Positions 12,690 to 26,650 of a stretch of DNA of 64,000 bases are shown piece after piece. How positions within the stretch are numbered: the stretch's first letter is position 1; every line of letters starts with the position of its first letter. The notes below the pieces were generated by a model that was not told the origin of the DNA, did no database searches, and saw only the letters and a list, made by a program, of their open reading frames with translations. Origin of the DNA: Octopus sinensis (Eukaryota); NCBI RefSeq assembly GCF_006345805.1, contig NC_043003.1, positions 34,596,001 to 34,660,000 of the forward strand, in the 5' to 3' direction. The translations under genes were made by a program, and so were the position numbers.

Positions 12690-13425
12690 ATACAGAGTTT
12701 GACCACCTCCTGTACCTACACCTTAGCCCCATCATGGCATCTGATGTGGCTTTTTAAACCAGACAACGTTCTGAAAAGACACCCAATAGATTGCACCTCC
12801 GATTTGGACCACCAAGAGCTGCAGATGTTCTGTTCTTTGTGGATCTTAAAATGTCTTTTTAGGCCTCCTTTAGATATGCAAACCTTCTGTATACGCTGCA
12901 TTCAAAGGTGTGCACAGACATATAGGCAGAATAGTTGATGGAAGTTCGTTTTCCATAGGTTCGCAGATGAGATTTGAGCCCTGCAAAAGACAGACATAGT
13001 CTGTTACCGACTGTGCACACAAAAAAAAAGTCATTGTCATTTAACTCCTCGACCGTTACATTTTTCCTTAGATCTCTTTTGAGTCTTACATGTTTTATCC
13101 TGGCCGCTTCAAATGCTTTCACTCCATTCCACACTTTTGTTTCACCATGCAACTCCATCCGAAGCGAGGGTTTCCATGTCCTCTGGATCCATTCCAAGTG
13201 ACTTCATAGTAATCCTTATGCCGTCCTTAAACCTTTTTGTCAGGTCGCGCTTGAGTGCTGCTGGCAACATGTAATCCAGTACAACCTGTCGCTTGGTCGG
13301 GTCGTCGGCGACTAAACTGGCAACCCCACCAGGCTTGCTTGGTAAAGAGGGTGTTGTTTGACACCCTGCGGGACGAAAAATAAGACCCGTCAAAGGGCAT
13401 CCAACAAAAATATCTGTAAGCATGT
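12690..13425 (-). mobile_element. RTE-like LINE 3' fragment ending in three C2H2-like zinc fingers
   Basis: Minus-strand KRFKDGIRITMKSLGMDPEDMETLASD (post-RT RTE-like motif), then FVCTVGNRLCLSFAGLKSHLRTY, CSV(C)QKVCISKGGLKRHFKIH and ...GCLFRTLSGLKSHIRCH; frameshifts present. Confidence 0.75.
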
Positions 13426-13719
13426 AGACATTTTTTTGTTTTCTTATATGTATATATATGTATATTTTTACTTTGATATATAAATTATTTTATATTTTTC
13501 ACTTGCATATCTTTTACTTTATATATATATATATATATACATATATATATTCTTCTGTCCATCTGCTTCTACAACTCTCTCTCTTCTCTTCCTACGTGAC
13601 CGATAGGCCAGACTGCTAGTTCTCTTTTCGGGTCTGACCGTAGTCAGTGCAACATCGATATTGTTCCCTGTATTTGCGAAATGTTTGTATCTCTGTCGTA
13701 AGGCTTCATTTCCACACAC

Positions 13720-14100
13720 GCCAGCTGAATTCAATTCGTCCTCAGTCGAAAGACACCTGTCGTTATGTCCTGTTATTATTATTTTTATTGTATTTCGTAT
13801 TTATATTTGTGTAACATCGTCTGTTTTTCCGTCCTTGTTTTCGTATACATTCGATGCTTTCTTCCAAGGAATCTAATACTCTTAGGTTAGTTTTTCCTTG
13901 GAGCTGACCAGATTGGAACAATCTCAAGATTAATCAGCCGAAATTGCGAGGATAATCTGGTTCTTGACTGAGGATAGAAAGCTTCGAATGACCCGTCCTT
14001 GCTTTTTTGTATCGTCTATCTGGATGTTTTGTTGTCCCTTTTTGTATCACCTGGTTGTCCGGATGTTTTGCGTTCTTGTCCCATTTTGTGTTTTATATAT
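13720..14100. mobile_element. Probable Penelope-like terminal relic with internal inverted and direct repeats
   Basis: tcctcagtc (13739) / gactgagga (13966) and cattcgatgctttc (13848) / gaaagcttcgaatg (13977) inverted pairs; ccgtccttg direct repeat; ends in (TA)n. Confidence 0.4.
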
Positions 14101-14174
14101 ATATAGAGCGGCGTACGTACATTTTGTTCTCTTATATGTAAGTATACATATACATACATACACACACACACGCG

Positions 14175-14278
<104 letters not shown>

Positions 14279-15300
14279 CATTGCCTAATATTTTCTTACT
14301 TGGGTGATGCATGACACACATTTACCGACGATGCTACTTTTACCTGGCCGAGTGATTATTTATACATTCTCTCAGTGACTCCCTTGTAAAGGATGGTAAT
14401 AATGATTCAACGGTTCGAATGGCAACAATGGTAGTGGATTGTCTGAGATTCAGGTTTCTGATTTGTTTCAAATAGTAATGACATTTTTTAATGGTAGTGG
14501 TAGTCATAGAGGTAATTGTTGATGATTTTCTTACCCGGCGATATTAATGACGTCGAAATCTTGCACTTGTGTTATTGACCATTCATAGACGTACAACTAA
14601 AATTTTGTCACTTTATAATATATAATAGTATTTAAAAATTATAACAAACGTCAATATAAAGTATATATATGAGTGTTTACAATGACTATCATAACGGTTT
14701 TGCAGTAAAAATGTTTCAAATTCGACATAAGATAATATTTTAAAATGTTATTCTAGGTTGACGCGTGTACACAGCCGTCAGTTGTAAAAAAATAAATATA
14801 ATTGGCAGCTGTCCAACCATTGATGTAGTGGTGTCTGATGACCGATGAGTGGGGTTGGTCTATTAGGTATCTATGTTTAGGTGGTGGTATACTATTCGCG
14901 GTGGCACAGACTTGATGACGGTGCTGTTGGTGGTGGTAATAATCCTACTGGGGTGGAGTTGGTCTTACGGAATTTGGGGCCGCCAGATGATGAATGGTAT
15001 TATCTTTTAGCGTTTAGTCAACTTTCATGAGTGTCAAAGGGCGTCCAAAGGCAATTATGCCATGTGCAATGGGTTGCTTGTGGTCCCCACCTGGCATTAG
15101 ACTACAGCTTCCTCTTCTCGTCAGAAATTCACAGAGCCCTTTCTTGGATCTCCGGGCCAGGACCGTTGTACACCCTCTCTCATAGACCCTGGCCATAATA
15201 TTAGTATTTGCAGAACAGTCAATATTATTAACATAGTTAATACATCATCATCATAACTACTGAAAACGCATATTCGCTTTTACCGACGATGCTTATAATG

Positions 15301-15505
15301 TTTAAGAGATGAGGAATTATGTACATTATTTACATTATTTACATTCGAAAAATACCTTAGGATTGGGAAACCAGGTTCGAAATTTCCCTAAAACACCTGA
15401 AGAAGGCTGGAGGTTATATCAGCCTAAACGTTGTGTTAACAACAAACAAGATGAGGAAAAATATCCGTCGAATGTAAATAATGCAAATAATGTAAATAAT
15501 GTAGA
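15301..15505 (+). mobile_element. Penelope-like terminus: inverted arms enclosing a hammerhead motif
   Basis: tacattatttacattatttacattcga (~15322-15348) pairs with tcgaatgtaaataatgcaaataatgtaaataatgta (15468-15503). Confidence 0.65.
15392..15437 (+). ncRNA. Minimal type-I hammerhead ribozyme motif, G12 mutated (probably inactive)
   Basis: aacac-CTGAAGA-A-ggctg-(loop)-cagcc-TAAA-CG-TT-gtgtt: helix I 5 bp, helix II 5 bp, TAAA in place of GAAA at 15425. Confidence 0.7.
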
Positions 15506-16991
15506 TTTGTATATTCTTTGATGCTATTGTATATCAATATTACTGTACTTATTAACATATATTGTATGTTACGAAGTGTCAAAAAAGTTCCATGTTCATT
15601 TAGTACCTAATGCACCAATGCCATAACAATGTTACAAATGTTTCCGTTTATTTGACATAAAATCTATTGGCATAACTGTTTGGTGCCATCAGCAGCCGAA
15701 CTTATCTGAAATGTGCTCAGGGTGTCGAAACTGACCGGCGCCACACGTATGGTTTGCGAACGTTACCTGACCTATACTGTATCGGTACAGGCAAGCAAAT
15801 ACTAGCGATGGAGTATGTGGGCTATTTAGAAATACCTCACAGAGTGACGACCCTGCGCTGCATAGTTACAGGCTGTTCTTTGGCAAAGCATAGCACTGGT
15901 TCAGTCATCCTGCCAGGGAAACTGTGATGTCATGGAATTGCAGCATGGTGTATTGTGAAGATGCAGTAGGAGAGCTCAACTGAGCCAACAGTGCTTCTTA
16001 CATTGATGTTGAATAGAGAGATCTTAGTAGTCAGGGTCGTCAAGCTCTATCAAGAGAATAACTGCAATGCATCCATAGGACTAGCGTCTATGGTTGTGAA
16101 ATCAGCTAATGAGAAAGTCATTTTGACACAAGTTTCAAATTCAAATAATAGAAATGGATAGCGATAGAGAGTTACGGGAATCCGTGCAAACAGAGCGACC
16201 GGATAACAGGAACGGATGCGACGATCAACAGATTTTATCGTCATATCCACTTTCCAGTGACAAGGACAATCGCCAAGTCCTTTGTCTGGTGGTTATGACC
16301 GAAGAATTTATAAGATAAAGGCAGCTGGAAAATCTGAGCTCAAAAGTATTCCCCTGAGGCAAATTTCACAGTGATTTCGCTGTCCTTCAATAAATTTTAT
16401 GCAGGGTGAGTGAAAATCCCAGAATTGGTGTAAATAAATGGACATACATTAATAATGTAATTGTAGCCTGAAGGCAAGAACAAGGAGAAAGGACTTAACT
16501 TTGGTATGTCAGTGAAAATCAGGGATGTGTTTAGTATGTCTCATTTCACCTACTGTGGTTGCCCCATTCTTTATGCCATTATTGTCTCATTTCACCTGTT
16601 TTAATAGACTCAAATCTTTTTTCTTTTGAGCGCTCCTTTCATTTTGATTTCGCTGAGACAATCTTTAGTATTTTGGACCCTTTTGGCTTGTAACAGAAAT
16701 TATTATCATTATCATATCTTTGATGGTATAGCGTCACGCGTTGATGCTGACGAACCTACAGAAATATCTACATTACTGGGTCGAATTTGCATATTTGCGA
16801 AGCCCAAAGAATAAATATTAGTGATGTCTAGGAAAACATAAACAATGGAACAGGTAAACGTATTGGTTGTTGCTGTTGCTGTTATTGTTGTTATCCAAAG
16901 TATTGCAAAACAGTAACGGTTTTGGAACCTCATGATTGCGAAATAAACTTCATGCTCAAATAGCAATGCCAACACCCATACTTTAAGGTGT

Positions 16992-17380
16992 GAGTGGAGG
17001 CGCAATGGCCCAGTGGTTAGGGCAGCGGACTCGCGGTCATAGGATCGCGGTTTCGATTCCCAGACCGGGCGTTGTGAGTGTTTATTGAGCGAAAACACCT
17101 AAAGCTCCACGAGGCTCCGGCAGGGGATGGTGGTGATCCCTGCTGTACTCTTTCACCACAACTTTCTCTCACTCTTACTTCCTGTTTCTGTTGTACCTTG
17201 TATTTCAAAGGGCCGGCCTTGTCACTCTCTGTGTCACGCTGAATATCCCCGAGAACTAAGTTAAGGGTACACGTGTCTGTGGAGTGCTCAGCCACTTACA
17301 CGTTAATTTCACGAGCAGGCTGTTCCGTTGATTCGGATCAACCGGAACCCTCGTCGTCGTAACCGACGAGGGTTCCATCC
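16992..17380 (+). mobile_element. tRNA-derived SINE, family C, intact-looking copy with 12-bp TSD
   Basis: A box tggcccagtggttag, B box ggtttcgattccc; TSD actttaaggtgt at 16980-16991 and 17381-17392. Confidence 0.92.
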
Positions 17381-17759
17381 ACTTTAAGGTGTACTTTTCC
17401 AGAAACAAATTATATTCTTAGTTGATGACTAAAAACAAAGTCATTAATAAATTACTATTCTTCAGATGAGATTTTAATTAATAGTTTAAGATTTATCAGA
17501 TGTTTTTGCTTCCCTCACCGTTCCTGTCTATTTTATTTTGGAGACATACTTCTTTGTGCCTGAATGTTTGCCTATTACGTACGCTTGCACATCACACAAC
17601 CATACATCCATCCATCCATCCTCACACGCTTATATAATGATTAAATAGCAAGGCAAAAACAAGTATTTTAATTATTTCGTTCCTTTATGATTTTGTGTGT
17701 GTGTGTGTGTGTGTTGCAGTTAAGCCTAACCAAGAAATCTATATATGATGAAAATAAGT

Positions 17760-17776
17760 GCCACTTCTCCATCATT

Positions 17777-17810
<34 letters not shown>

Positions 17811-18830
17811 CGAAGAGGAGGACAACAAGGACGATAACCATCATCATATCGTTAACACCACTACTATCATTACCATTACCTCAACACCACAACCACTACC
17901 ACCACCTTCTGCACCATCACCACACCACACCACACCACACCACACCACCACCACCACACCACCACCACCACCACCACCACCACAACAACAACAACAACAA
18001 CAAAAACAACAACAACAACAACAACAGCAGCCACTACCACCACCAACACGACCACCTTCGTGGCTGACATCATTATTCTTCATGGCTGACATCATTATTA
18101 CACATTCCATTACTAACCTCACACGCATTTCCCTGTCCACCGCCGTTACTAACCAACAGCAGTATAACTACTATAACCACCATTCGTATTATTTCTATGG
18201 TCCCTACCAGCAACCACCCGTCACTAATATCACCATAACCATCACTATCACTATCGCTATCACCATCACTACTACGACTAACATCCCTATAGCAACTATA
18301 GGCCCGTCGTAAATGTGAATATCACCATTATGACGGCCGTCACCTTCGCTTTCGCTATAACCGAAATCTCCACTACTAAATCTATCAGCACCATAATTAC
18401 GAAGACCACAGTGACATCTTCCAGCATTACCATCGGCAACAACACCACTACCATCTTTCTAAGCTGATATTATCTTGCTAACACCGTCATCAGCAGCATC
18501 AACAGTATCTCCTCCATCGCTATCTACTATGGCCACTATCAACACCATCTCTGTACCAATATCCTCATCCTTGCATCTACTTACTGTCAACTACATCGTA
18601 ACACCTCCATTACCACTTTCACCGATACAGCGACGACGACGACGACGACGACGATGACGATGATGACGATGATGACGACGACCACCACTACCACCGACAT
18701 TGCCTTCCCCCACCGTCCCAGCCACCGTCGTCACCGACGCCATCATCGCCAGTGCCACAGTCAACACTGCTGCCGTCGCCATACAGCCATCGCCACCATC
18801 CTCACCACCACCACCACCATGACAAACAAC
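17760..18830. repeat. Degenerate (CAC/CAT/AAC/GAC)n low-complexity region
   Basis: Triplet-periodic tracts, no recognisable domain. Confidence 0.85.
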
Positions 18831-19529
18831 CCAATTAATAAGCACACTGTAGCACACGGCATAATGTCGAACTAAGAAGCGTAGCCAGATCGATAAGTAG
18901 ATCAAATCGATCAGTCGGTGAAGTCATCATCAATCGATATAGAGCGTACATCAGCTTGTGTCAGTGATTTGAGACGACTGCAGCAGACCGTGACCATCGC
19001 AACATCATAAGTTGGTTAACTGGCTTCGCTCTTATCACGTGGCATTTCTCACAACTAACTCACTAGCTATTACACCTATCTCATCTATTCTATCCAGTCA
19101 CCATACAGTTTTCAAAGCTTTCTTCAACCCTCACTGACTCACGTATCTCTTATCTTACAGGCAATGTCAGGAAAGTTGCCACCAATAAATTGGTAATTCT
19201 TACCGGCAACTACCTCAAAATACTTAGCTTTAGTGGTTAATTTTTTCTCTTCCACCTAAGCTTTCTCAGCTTCTCAAGTCGCAAGCTAGGTCAGGTATAC
19301 TATCTTAATTATCCATTGCGGAAGTGTTAGATCTCTTTCAAACTAAATATTTACCGTCTGAAGATAGGAGTTTTTAATCTGTCAATTTGATTCCAGTACT
19401 TGTTTTTAAGCCTTGTACTATATCGGCATCAGTTTGTCGAAGCGCTACTTTTTACGAGACAAGGCACAGTATTTCAAGATTTCAAGTAGTATTAGCGTAA
19501 AGACAGACGTGAAAACACACGTAAATGCA

Positions 19530-19619
<90 letters not shown>

Positions 19620-19662
19620 CATTGACACAGAGAAACTTAGAAATTACTGTCAATATTTTCTT

Positions 19663-19846
19663 GAGCTGACAGAATCGTTAGCATGCCGGGCAAATCTTTA
19701 GCAGTATTTCGGCTGGCTTTACGTTGTGAGTTCAAGCTATACTCAGGCCGATTTTTAACCTTTCATTCTTCCGGGGCACATAAAAAACAAAAATTACCTG
19801 TTGAACACTGGGGTCGATGTAATCGGCTTTCTACCAAAGCTTGAAA
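19663..19846 (+). mobile_element. tRNA-derived SINE family B, old single-unit copy with 13-bp TSD
   Basis: Aligns with the head of 56185 and 63277; TSD tcaatattttctt at 19650-19662 and 19847-19859. Confidence 0.8.
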
Positions 19847-22800
19847 TCAATATTTTCTTCGAATATATATATATCGAAAAAAGTTCGAATGCTTTTTGAT
19901 CATATATCTCGTCGAACTATGTTGACTCATGCACAGCAAGTTAGCAAGCACCTGACCAACCAGCCAACCAACCCAACAACCAATCTCTGTAAAAAAAAAA
20001 ATCACTATATCTATTCCATTTGTAATGTGGCTAAAATACGTTAATTGCCCTTGTGCTTCACTATCTTAACAAAATCAACAGAACCAATATAGATCACGTG
20101 ACTCATTTTTTCAAACGTTGCATCAGGTAAGTTCATTGAGCGACAACAATTGTTTTTGCTCTTTAGCCAAGTCGGTTGACTTATGATGAAAGAAATTCCA
20201 CCTGTGACTGTCATGTCTTTTTAATGGTTACCAGAAACTGCATTATCTAACATCCTTTTTTTTTATTATTTAAAGTGATAGGGCACCATTCGAGATAAAA
20301 ATTAATTACTATTTCTTGCTGGTCAATTGTCCATGCAGAGGTTCCTTCGATAGCTTAAAACCATCACAGATTTTGCGAAGAACAAGATCACCTTTAGTCA
20401 GCAGATCCTTGTTCAAAGACATTTCTTATGGTTCTGTCCCCTCTCTTCATTTCAAATAGAAGAATGCATTTTATGGGAAATTTTGGTGCCATGACTAGAA
20501 GATTGGGTGATCACACCGAGGATCATTCTTTTGCGCTTAGCTACAATTGCTGTTTGCCAGTTACTCCACCAGAAAGTTTAAGTTAACTTCTTTAAATTTA
20601 AGGACATTTCTGAGTAAATGAAAGAAGCTATCCCAGCAATATCTAATGTAGTACATATTGGCAACTTCATACAGCTCGAGTAACTTCATCAGAAATATTA
20701 ATATCATTACTGAAGAGATGATCTCATCCTACTTGACCGTCCTAGATGTTTAACCTCATCACTATTCTGTTCTCGTTTAGTATCTAGTCAGCTGTCATTG
20801 ACGAAAGGCATTCCAACTGTAACCATCCTCCCTTTTTGTATATTACAGACTACATCATCCAATGCTACTTTCACTTTCAAACGATAAGGGATGATTTCTG
20901 GAAGTTTGATTGCTGTTTCTAACAGCTGGAGTGACCGCGTAGCAGACCTGTCGTTGGCTTGTAAACAAGTATGTATGTGAGTGCATGTGTGTGCGTGCGT
21001 GTGCGCGTGTGTGTGTATGTGTGTGTGTGTGTTTGTGTACGTGTGTGTGTGTGTGCGAGTGCGTGAGTGTTTGTATGCGTATGTATGTATATTTATGAGT
21101 GGGAGTGTGATTTGTATCTACGTCTCTCTCTTTCTTTCTCTTTACACCCTCTCTTTCTATATGCATATATATATATATATACATCATGATGATGAGGAGG
21201 AGGATGGTTACTTCATCTTTTGTTTGGTTATCTCATTATTCATATGAGGTGATAAAGCATTTGTATACGATTTGATTATAGGGACATAGGCTTGTACGAC
21301 ACGTATTCCACATTCTAAGATGCATTAGCTTAATATCGAGGGTTAAGCAAGAGCAAGATGCCCGAAAATTATTTGAAATACAGATTTTAACTAAGAGGGC
21401 TATCTTTAAGATTTTTCAAATAAAAAGATCGACACAAAATCCTTTGGTATCTGTCTTTGAAGTTTTCCTTCACCAAATTCTTTTACTGATTGCCCAGACA
21501 TAAGCTTGGATATTTCTATACTCTCAAGCACGCACATACACACACATGCATGCCTAATACATATTAATACACATATAGACAGATGTTTTCATTTAAGAGT
21601 TTTCTATCTTTATCAGCCAAGACGAGAGAGCAAATATCAGCGCCTGGAATGGAGATTTATTCTACGCCAGATACCAGTTTAGTAACAAAAAGTTTATTTC
21701 CCAAGCACTATGTACCGAGAATCTTCTTCCACATTGCGTTGTACTTTGGCAAAATCAAATCTTGATACCCTCCAATCAACGTACGTCTAGTGGATAAAAT
21801 TAGGCTGACAGAAACTACGTACATTCATAAACACACTCATACATACTTGCAAATATATAAGTGCAGATTCAGCCATTTAATGCGAAGAAAAACAAATGAT
21901 ATGCACAATGTAAAATATTAAAAATATGGCGTAATGTAACATTTAAAGGGAACCTGAAATACTCGTGTGGTTATAGCCATGTTTATTGTTTGAAACCAGA
22001 TCAGCTCGGATCAAGCACATCTAAGATAAAAAAAAAAAAAACTCCCAACTATGATCATTTCCCAGATATAGCATATATCCTTCTTATTTTAAAATCACAG
22101 AATATGATTTGAAATAGGTAGTTGGGACTGCTAGAAATATCCCTCAAATGAAAATTGACGATTTTAGAGAAAATACTTATAGAACGATTTAATACTTGCA
22201 CAGCGTGTCTAAAAATCAAAGGCAAAATAAAACAGTACTTTTACGGTCTGAACATATTTCATCACAGGTTTGTTTGAGCAGGGCGGTTTGGACATCCTTT
22301 AAGATAAGGTGGTTAAAAAATCGGCCCCAACCTAGCATCTTTGCTAACATATTTTAACTGATGTCTATATAATTATTAAAGCATCTACGAGTTTATCCAG
22401 CATTTCACTGCTCCAAACCTAACATAATAAATAAAATGTTTGAGTATGAACAGAAAGAAGTATTGATTAAGTTAGGTATTACGAAAATATGCCATGAGAC
22501 AAAGTGAGCCTCTCATTCATGTGTATATGTGTGGGCGTGTGCTTGTGTGTATACATACATATATATATATATATATATATGTATATACATTACGTGTACG
22601 TACATGTACATATGTAAGTGCATACATTACGTGTGCATATGCATATGTCTATATAGGTATACATAGAATTATGTACGCGTGTGTTTATGAATTAAAAGAT
22701 ACACTTTGGTCTGCGTTGCCTGAAATTTCATAGGCGCAGACTGTGTTCGCAATGACAAATGTAGAAAGTGAGAGGGCTGTACATCTGATCATGTGGACTA

Positions 22801-22865
22801 GCTCGTTGCCTACGGAGGAGTATAATGTGGCGTAGATTCAACCTCATATATAAATATATATGCAT

Positions 22866-22923
<58 letters not shown>

Positions 22924-23167
22924 ACGTACACATATTGTATCAATTCAAGTACCTAACGTTAGAAAGTTTAGAAAAACTTAAACGTAATTAGTTCCCTTTT
23001 AAGAGTAAATGTTCCAAGATTATATCCATGACAGACAGTTACATTGACGTACACTCAAATAAAGAAGTGTGTATATGTGTGTGTGAGTGTGTGTGTGCGT
23101 ATGTGCGTGTTAGTATGTGTGTGTGGGTGAGCACAAGAGTACACTTGTATGTGTACGCACGTGCGTA

Positions 23168-23198
<31 letters not shown>

Positions 23199-23661
23199 TT
23201 ATGCACGTAAGCGTGTTTGTGTGTCTATGTATGTTTATGTGTTTTCAACTGTGAGTAAAAGCACTCGCGCACATAAACACTCACATATATACACACACAA
23301 ACAGATAAACATGTATAGGCATGTACATGTTTTTTCTCTTTTACTTTCTTCTCGAGAGTGGCGGCCACGCTATATTTTATCTGTGTGTGTGTGTGTGTGA
23401 GTGCGTGTGTGCATGTGTGTTAGTGTGTATATGTGTGTTCTATATGTATGAATGTGTGTGTGCGTGTGTGCATGTGTGTTTGTGTGTATATGTGTGTTCT
23501 ATATGTATGAATATATATATATGAGTGTGTGTGTATGTATATATATATACATACACATATATATATATATGATACATATGTATCTATGTATATATATACA
23601 TACATACATACATACATATATATATACATACATATATATATACATACACGTATATATAGAC

Positions 23662-23723
<62 letters not shown>

Positions 23724-24486
23724 CATATGTGTGTGTATATGTATATGCACTCCCTTATATATAGACATAGAAGAAAGAGATGAAGTAAGATAAAAGTATA
23801 GAGTGGCGATGCAAAGTATTTAAACTTATATGTCGCATTTTTGTATATTTTTTGTTATTATTTTTATCAGAATTTGGAATAGTAGTTTACAGGAAAATTC
23901 ATTTCACGTTATAGGTTTTTGTCGTCTTTTATTATCAGGAACTTGTACAGTCCTTCATTGTTGAAACATCAATAAACAGAAGCAAAAATAATGTAGAGAA
24001 AACCATATTTATAGAAATAATAACCAATGACATGAAAATAAATACGCACACATCTGCATCCATAAAATCGCAACCATATGAACACTGATTAGAAAATCGA
24101 TGAATTTGTTCTTCAAAAATCTAATAAGACATAAAAACAGAGTGCATTAACCAAAATAACAAACTGCAATCAATCAATCAATCAATTAATACATACATAT
24201 ACACGCATATATACACAATCATACACGCACACTCACGCAGACACACGCACACACATGTGTTTTAATATATAAACACTAGATACACATACATAAATTTGTA
24301 TATGTATCACTACACATACATGCATAAATATATGTATCTGTGTCTGTCTGTGTCTCTTTATTGGTGCATAGATGTATGTGAGTGTAAGTGCAAATAATTG
24401 CAAACGTATGTATGAATCCATGCATACCTGTTAACATATGTGCTGCTTTTTCTGCACGTATATCTATCTGTGTATATATGTATGTG

Positions 24487-24528
<42 letters not shown>

Positions 24529-24530
24529 TA

Positions 24531-24561
<31 letters not shown>

Positions 24562-25334
24562 CATATATACATACATATATATATATAGATAGCTATATAT
24601 ATAAATACACACATACATATATATATATAAGATAGCTATATATATAAATACATACATATATATATACATATATATATATATATACATACACACATATATG
24701 TATACGCACACACACACAAACACATGTATATATATATAATATATATATATATATACACACATATATGTATACACATATACATACATATATACATACATAC
24801 ATATACATGTATTCAGATTTACAATCACACACACAGACACCCCTGCCCGCACACCCAACACATAAATTTTTTAACGATTTTACAGATTTCCTTACTGGCC
24901 TTTTATGTTTTGTTTGGAACAATGAATTTCCGAGGTCAATCTAAATTTTCTGTAACGTCACCTTGAGGAATACCGAAAAAGTCTCCAAACAAATGTTATT
25001 TAAGCCACAAAAAAAAACTTGCTGTAAAATTAATGATTTTTCTATTGGACATGTCACATACAACATACCATATACGATATACATGTATTAATTTGTCATG
25101 TTCATTCATAAGACTATACAAATGTATGTATGTATGTATGTATGTATGTATGTATGTGTGTATGTATGTATGTATGTATGTATGTATATATGTATCTATA
25201 TGTATGTGTGTAAGTGTGTAATTATATGTGTGTGTGTGTACGTGCGTGTGTGTATATTTATACACGCACATACTGGTATGAACTACATATATTACATATG
25301 TATAGATATGAGTTCGTAATGTATACATACATGT

Positions 25335-25810
25335 ATGTATGTATGTATGTATTTGACCGGGTATAAATTTTTATTTTCTCTCCTTTTGCTCTCATTCTAT
25401 GATGCCCTTCTTTCTCTTTCTCCCTTTTATGCCGCACCCTTCCTACTTATATCCACATACCTTTCTATCAGGTTTTTGTCTAAGTGTCGCATTGACCATA
25501 TGTGTCCAATATTTCACACTGTTCAGGTTGGCCTTAGATAAAAGTCTTTTTGTATATACTTTCCCCGCTTCGCTGGTATTTTCTCAGTTTATCACCTTCG
25601 AAAACCACCTTTGTTTATTTGATGTATTTGTTTTGGGCACCAACCTCACGTTTCCGTTCTGTGGCTTTGGCCTGTGTGTTTTCAGTGGAAAGACTTTTAT
25701 ATTCGTTCTGTATTGTTTGAAACCCGGCACTTTTCAGACGAGAGATATCTAACTTTGCGAAGCGCAGAAATCGAACAGAATAAGAATTGGCTGATAGTTT
25801 GTCCTATCTA
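25335..25810 (+). mobile_element. T-rich probable Penelope-like 3' terminal relic with a degenerate hammerhead-like motif (25731-25770)
   Basis: Flanked by (TATG)n; tttt-CAGACGA-gag..ctt..GAAG-CG-CA-gaaa resembles a decayed minimal hammerhead. Confidence 0.3.
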
Positions 25811-26339
25811 TTTTTCTCCTTTCGATTGATTGTAAAACGTCCCTCACCATTAATCTGATACGTATTTATGTATGTGTGCATATAAGTCTGTATCTGTATG
25901 TATATGTATGCGTAAGTATGCATATATGTGAGAGTATGTACGTATACACCCCACCACATACACACAAGTATGTAGGCTTGGTGTTTTTCAGGCAATGGCA
26001 TACATTTATTTTCCAGATAAAGTTAAATATATACAAATGTGTCCTGTATAATGCAATCTAGATGCTTCGATTCTACTATACTTCACTTTCACACATGTCT
26101 TTGCTATGACACTAATTCATTTCCCCTTTGCTCCTAAAATTCTTCGCTATCAGATGTGGTTTGAAGCATTTGTATAGATATTTTTGCAAAAACATATAAG
26201 TGTATGAATGTATTTATATTTATAGATGCATAAATAAATATATGTGAATGCGTATTTGTACATACATATAGGTGTGTATGCATGTATATGCGGTTGTTTG
26301 TATGTCTGTGCTTGTGTATATATGGAGTGTAGAATATAC

Positions 26340-26650
26340 GAACGCTTAAGAATTTCGCATCGTAAACACGAGACTCAGTTTCAATTCTATTTCGTAGCGT
26401 AATAGCTTTTTTGCATAGATATAATTTTCTATAACCTCGCAATGGCCTCAATTGAGCGGGATATATTTTGACAGTGCAGTATAGGTGGCCATCTGATGTA
26501 TTGCACTTGTAATTCAAATACAAAACACGGCCACTCCCTGTTTCTCGCAGAAAATGCCTCAAAATTCTATAATGGATACACGTGTCTGTGGAAGCCTTAT
26601 ACGTGAATTTAATGAAGAAACAATATATTTCATCCAGCAACTGAATTCCT
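26340..26650 (+). mobile_element. Old, diverged copy of SINE family C
   Basis: 'tacacgtgtctgtgga' and flanking blocks are collinear with 17180-17350. Confidence 0.55.

Noticed and set aside
16992-17065. tRNA-like sequence with A and B boxes
   Set aside because: It is a SINE head: no complete cloverleaf, and it continues into SINE body bounded by a TSD.
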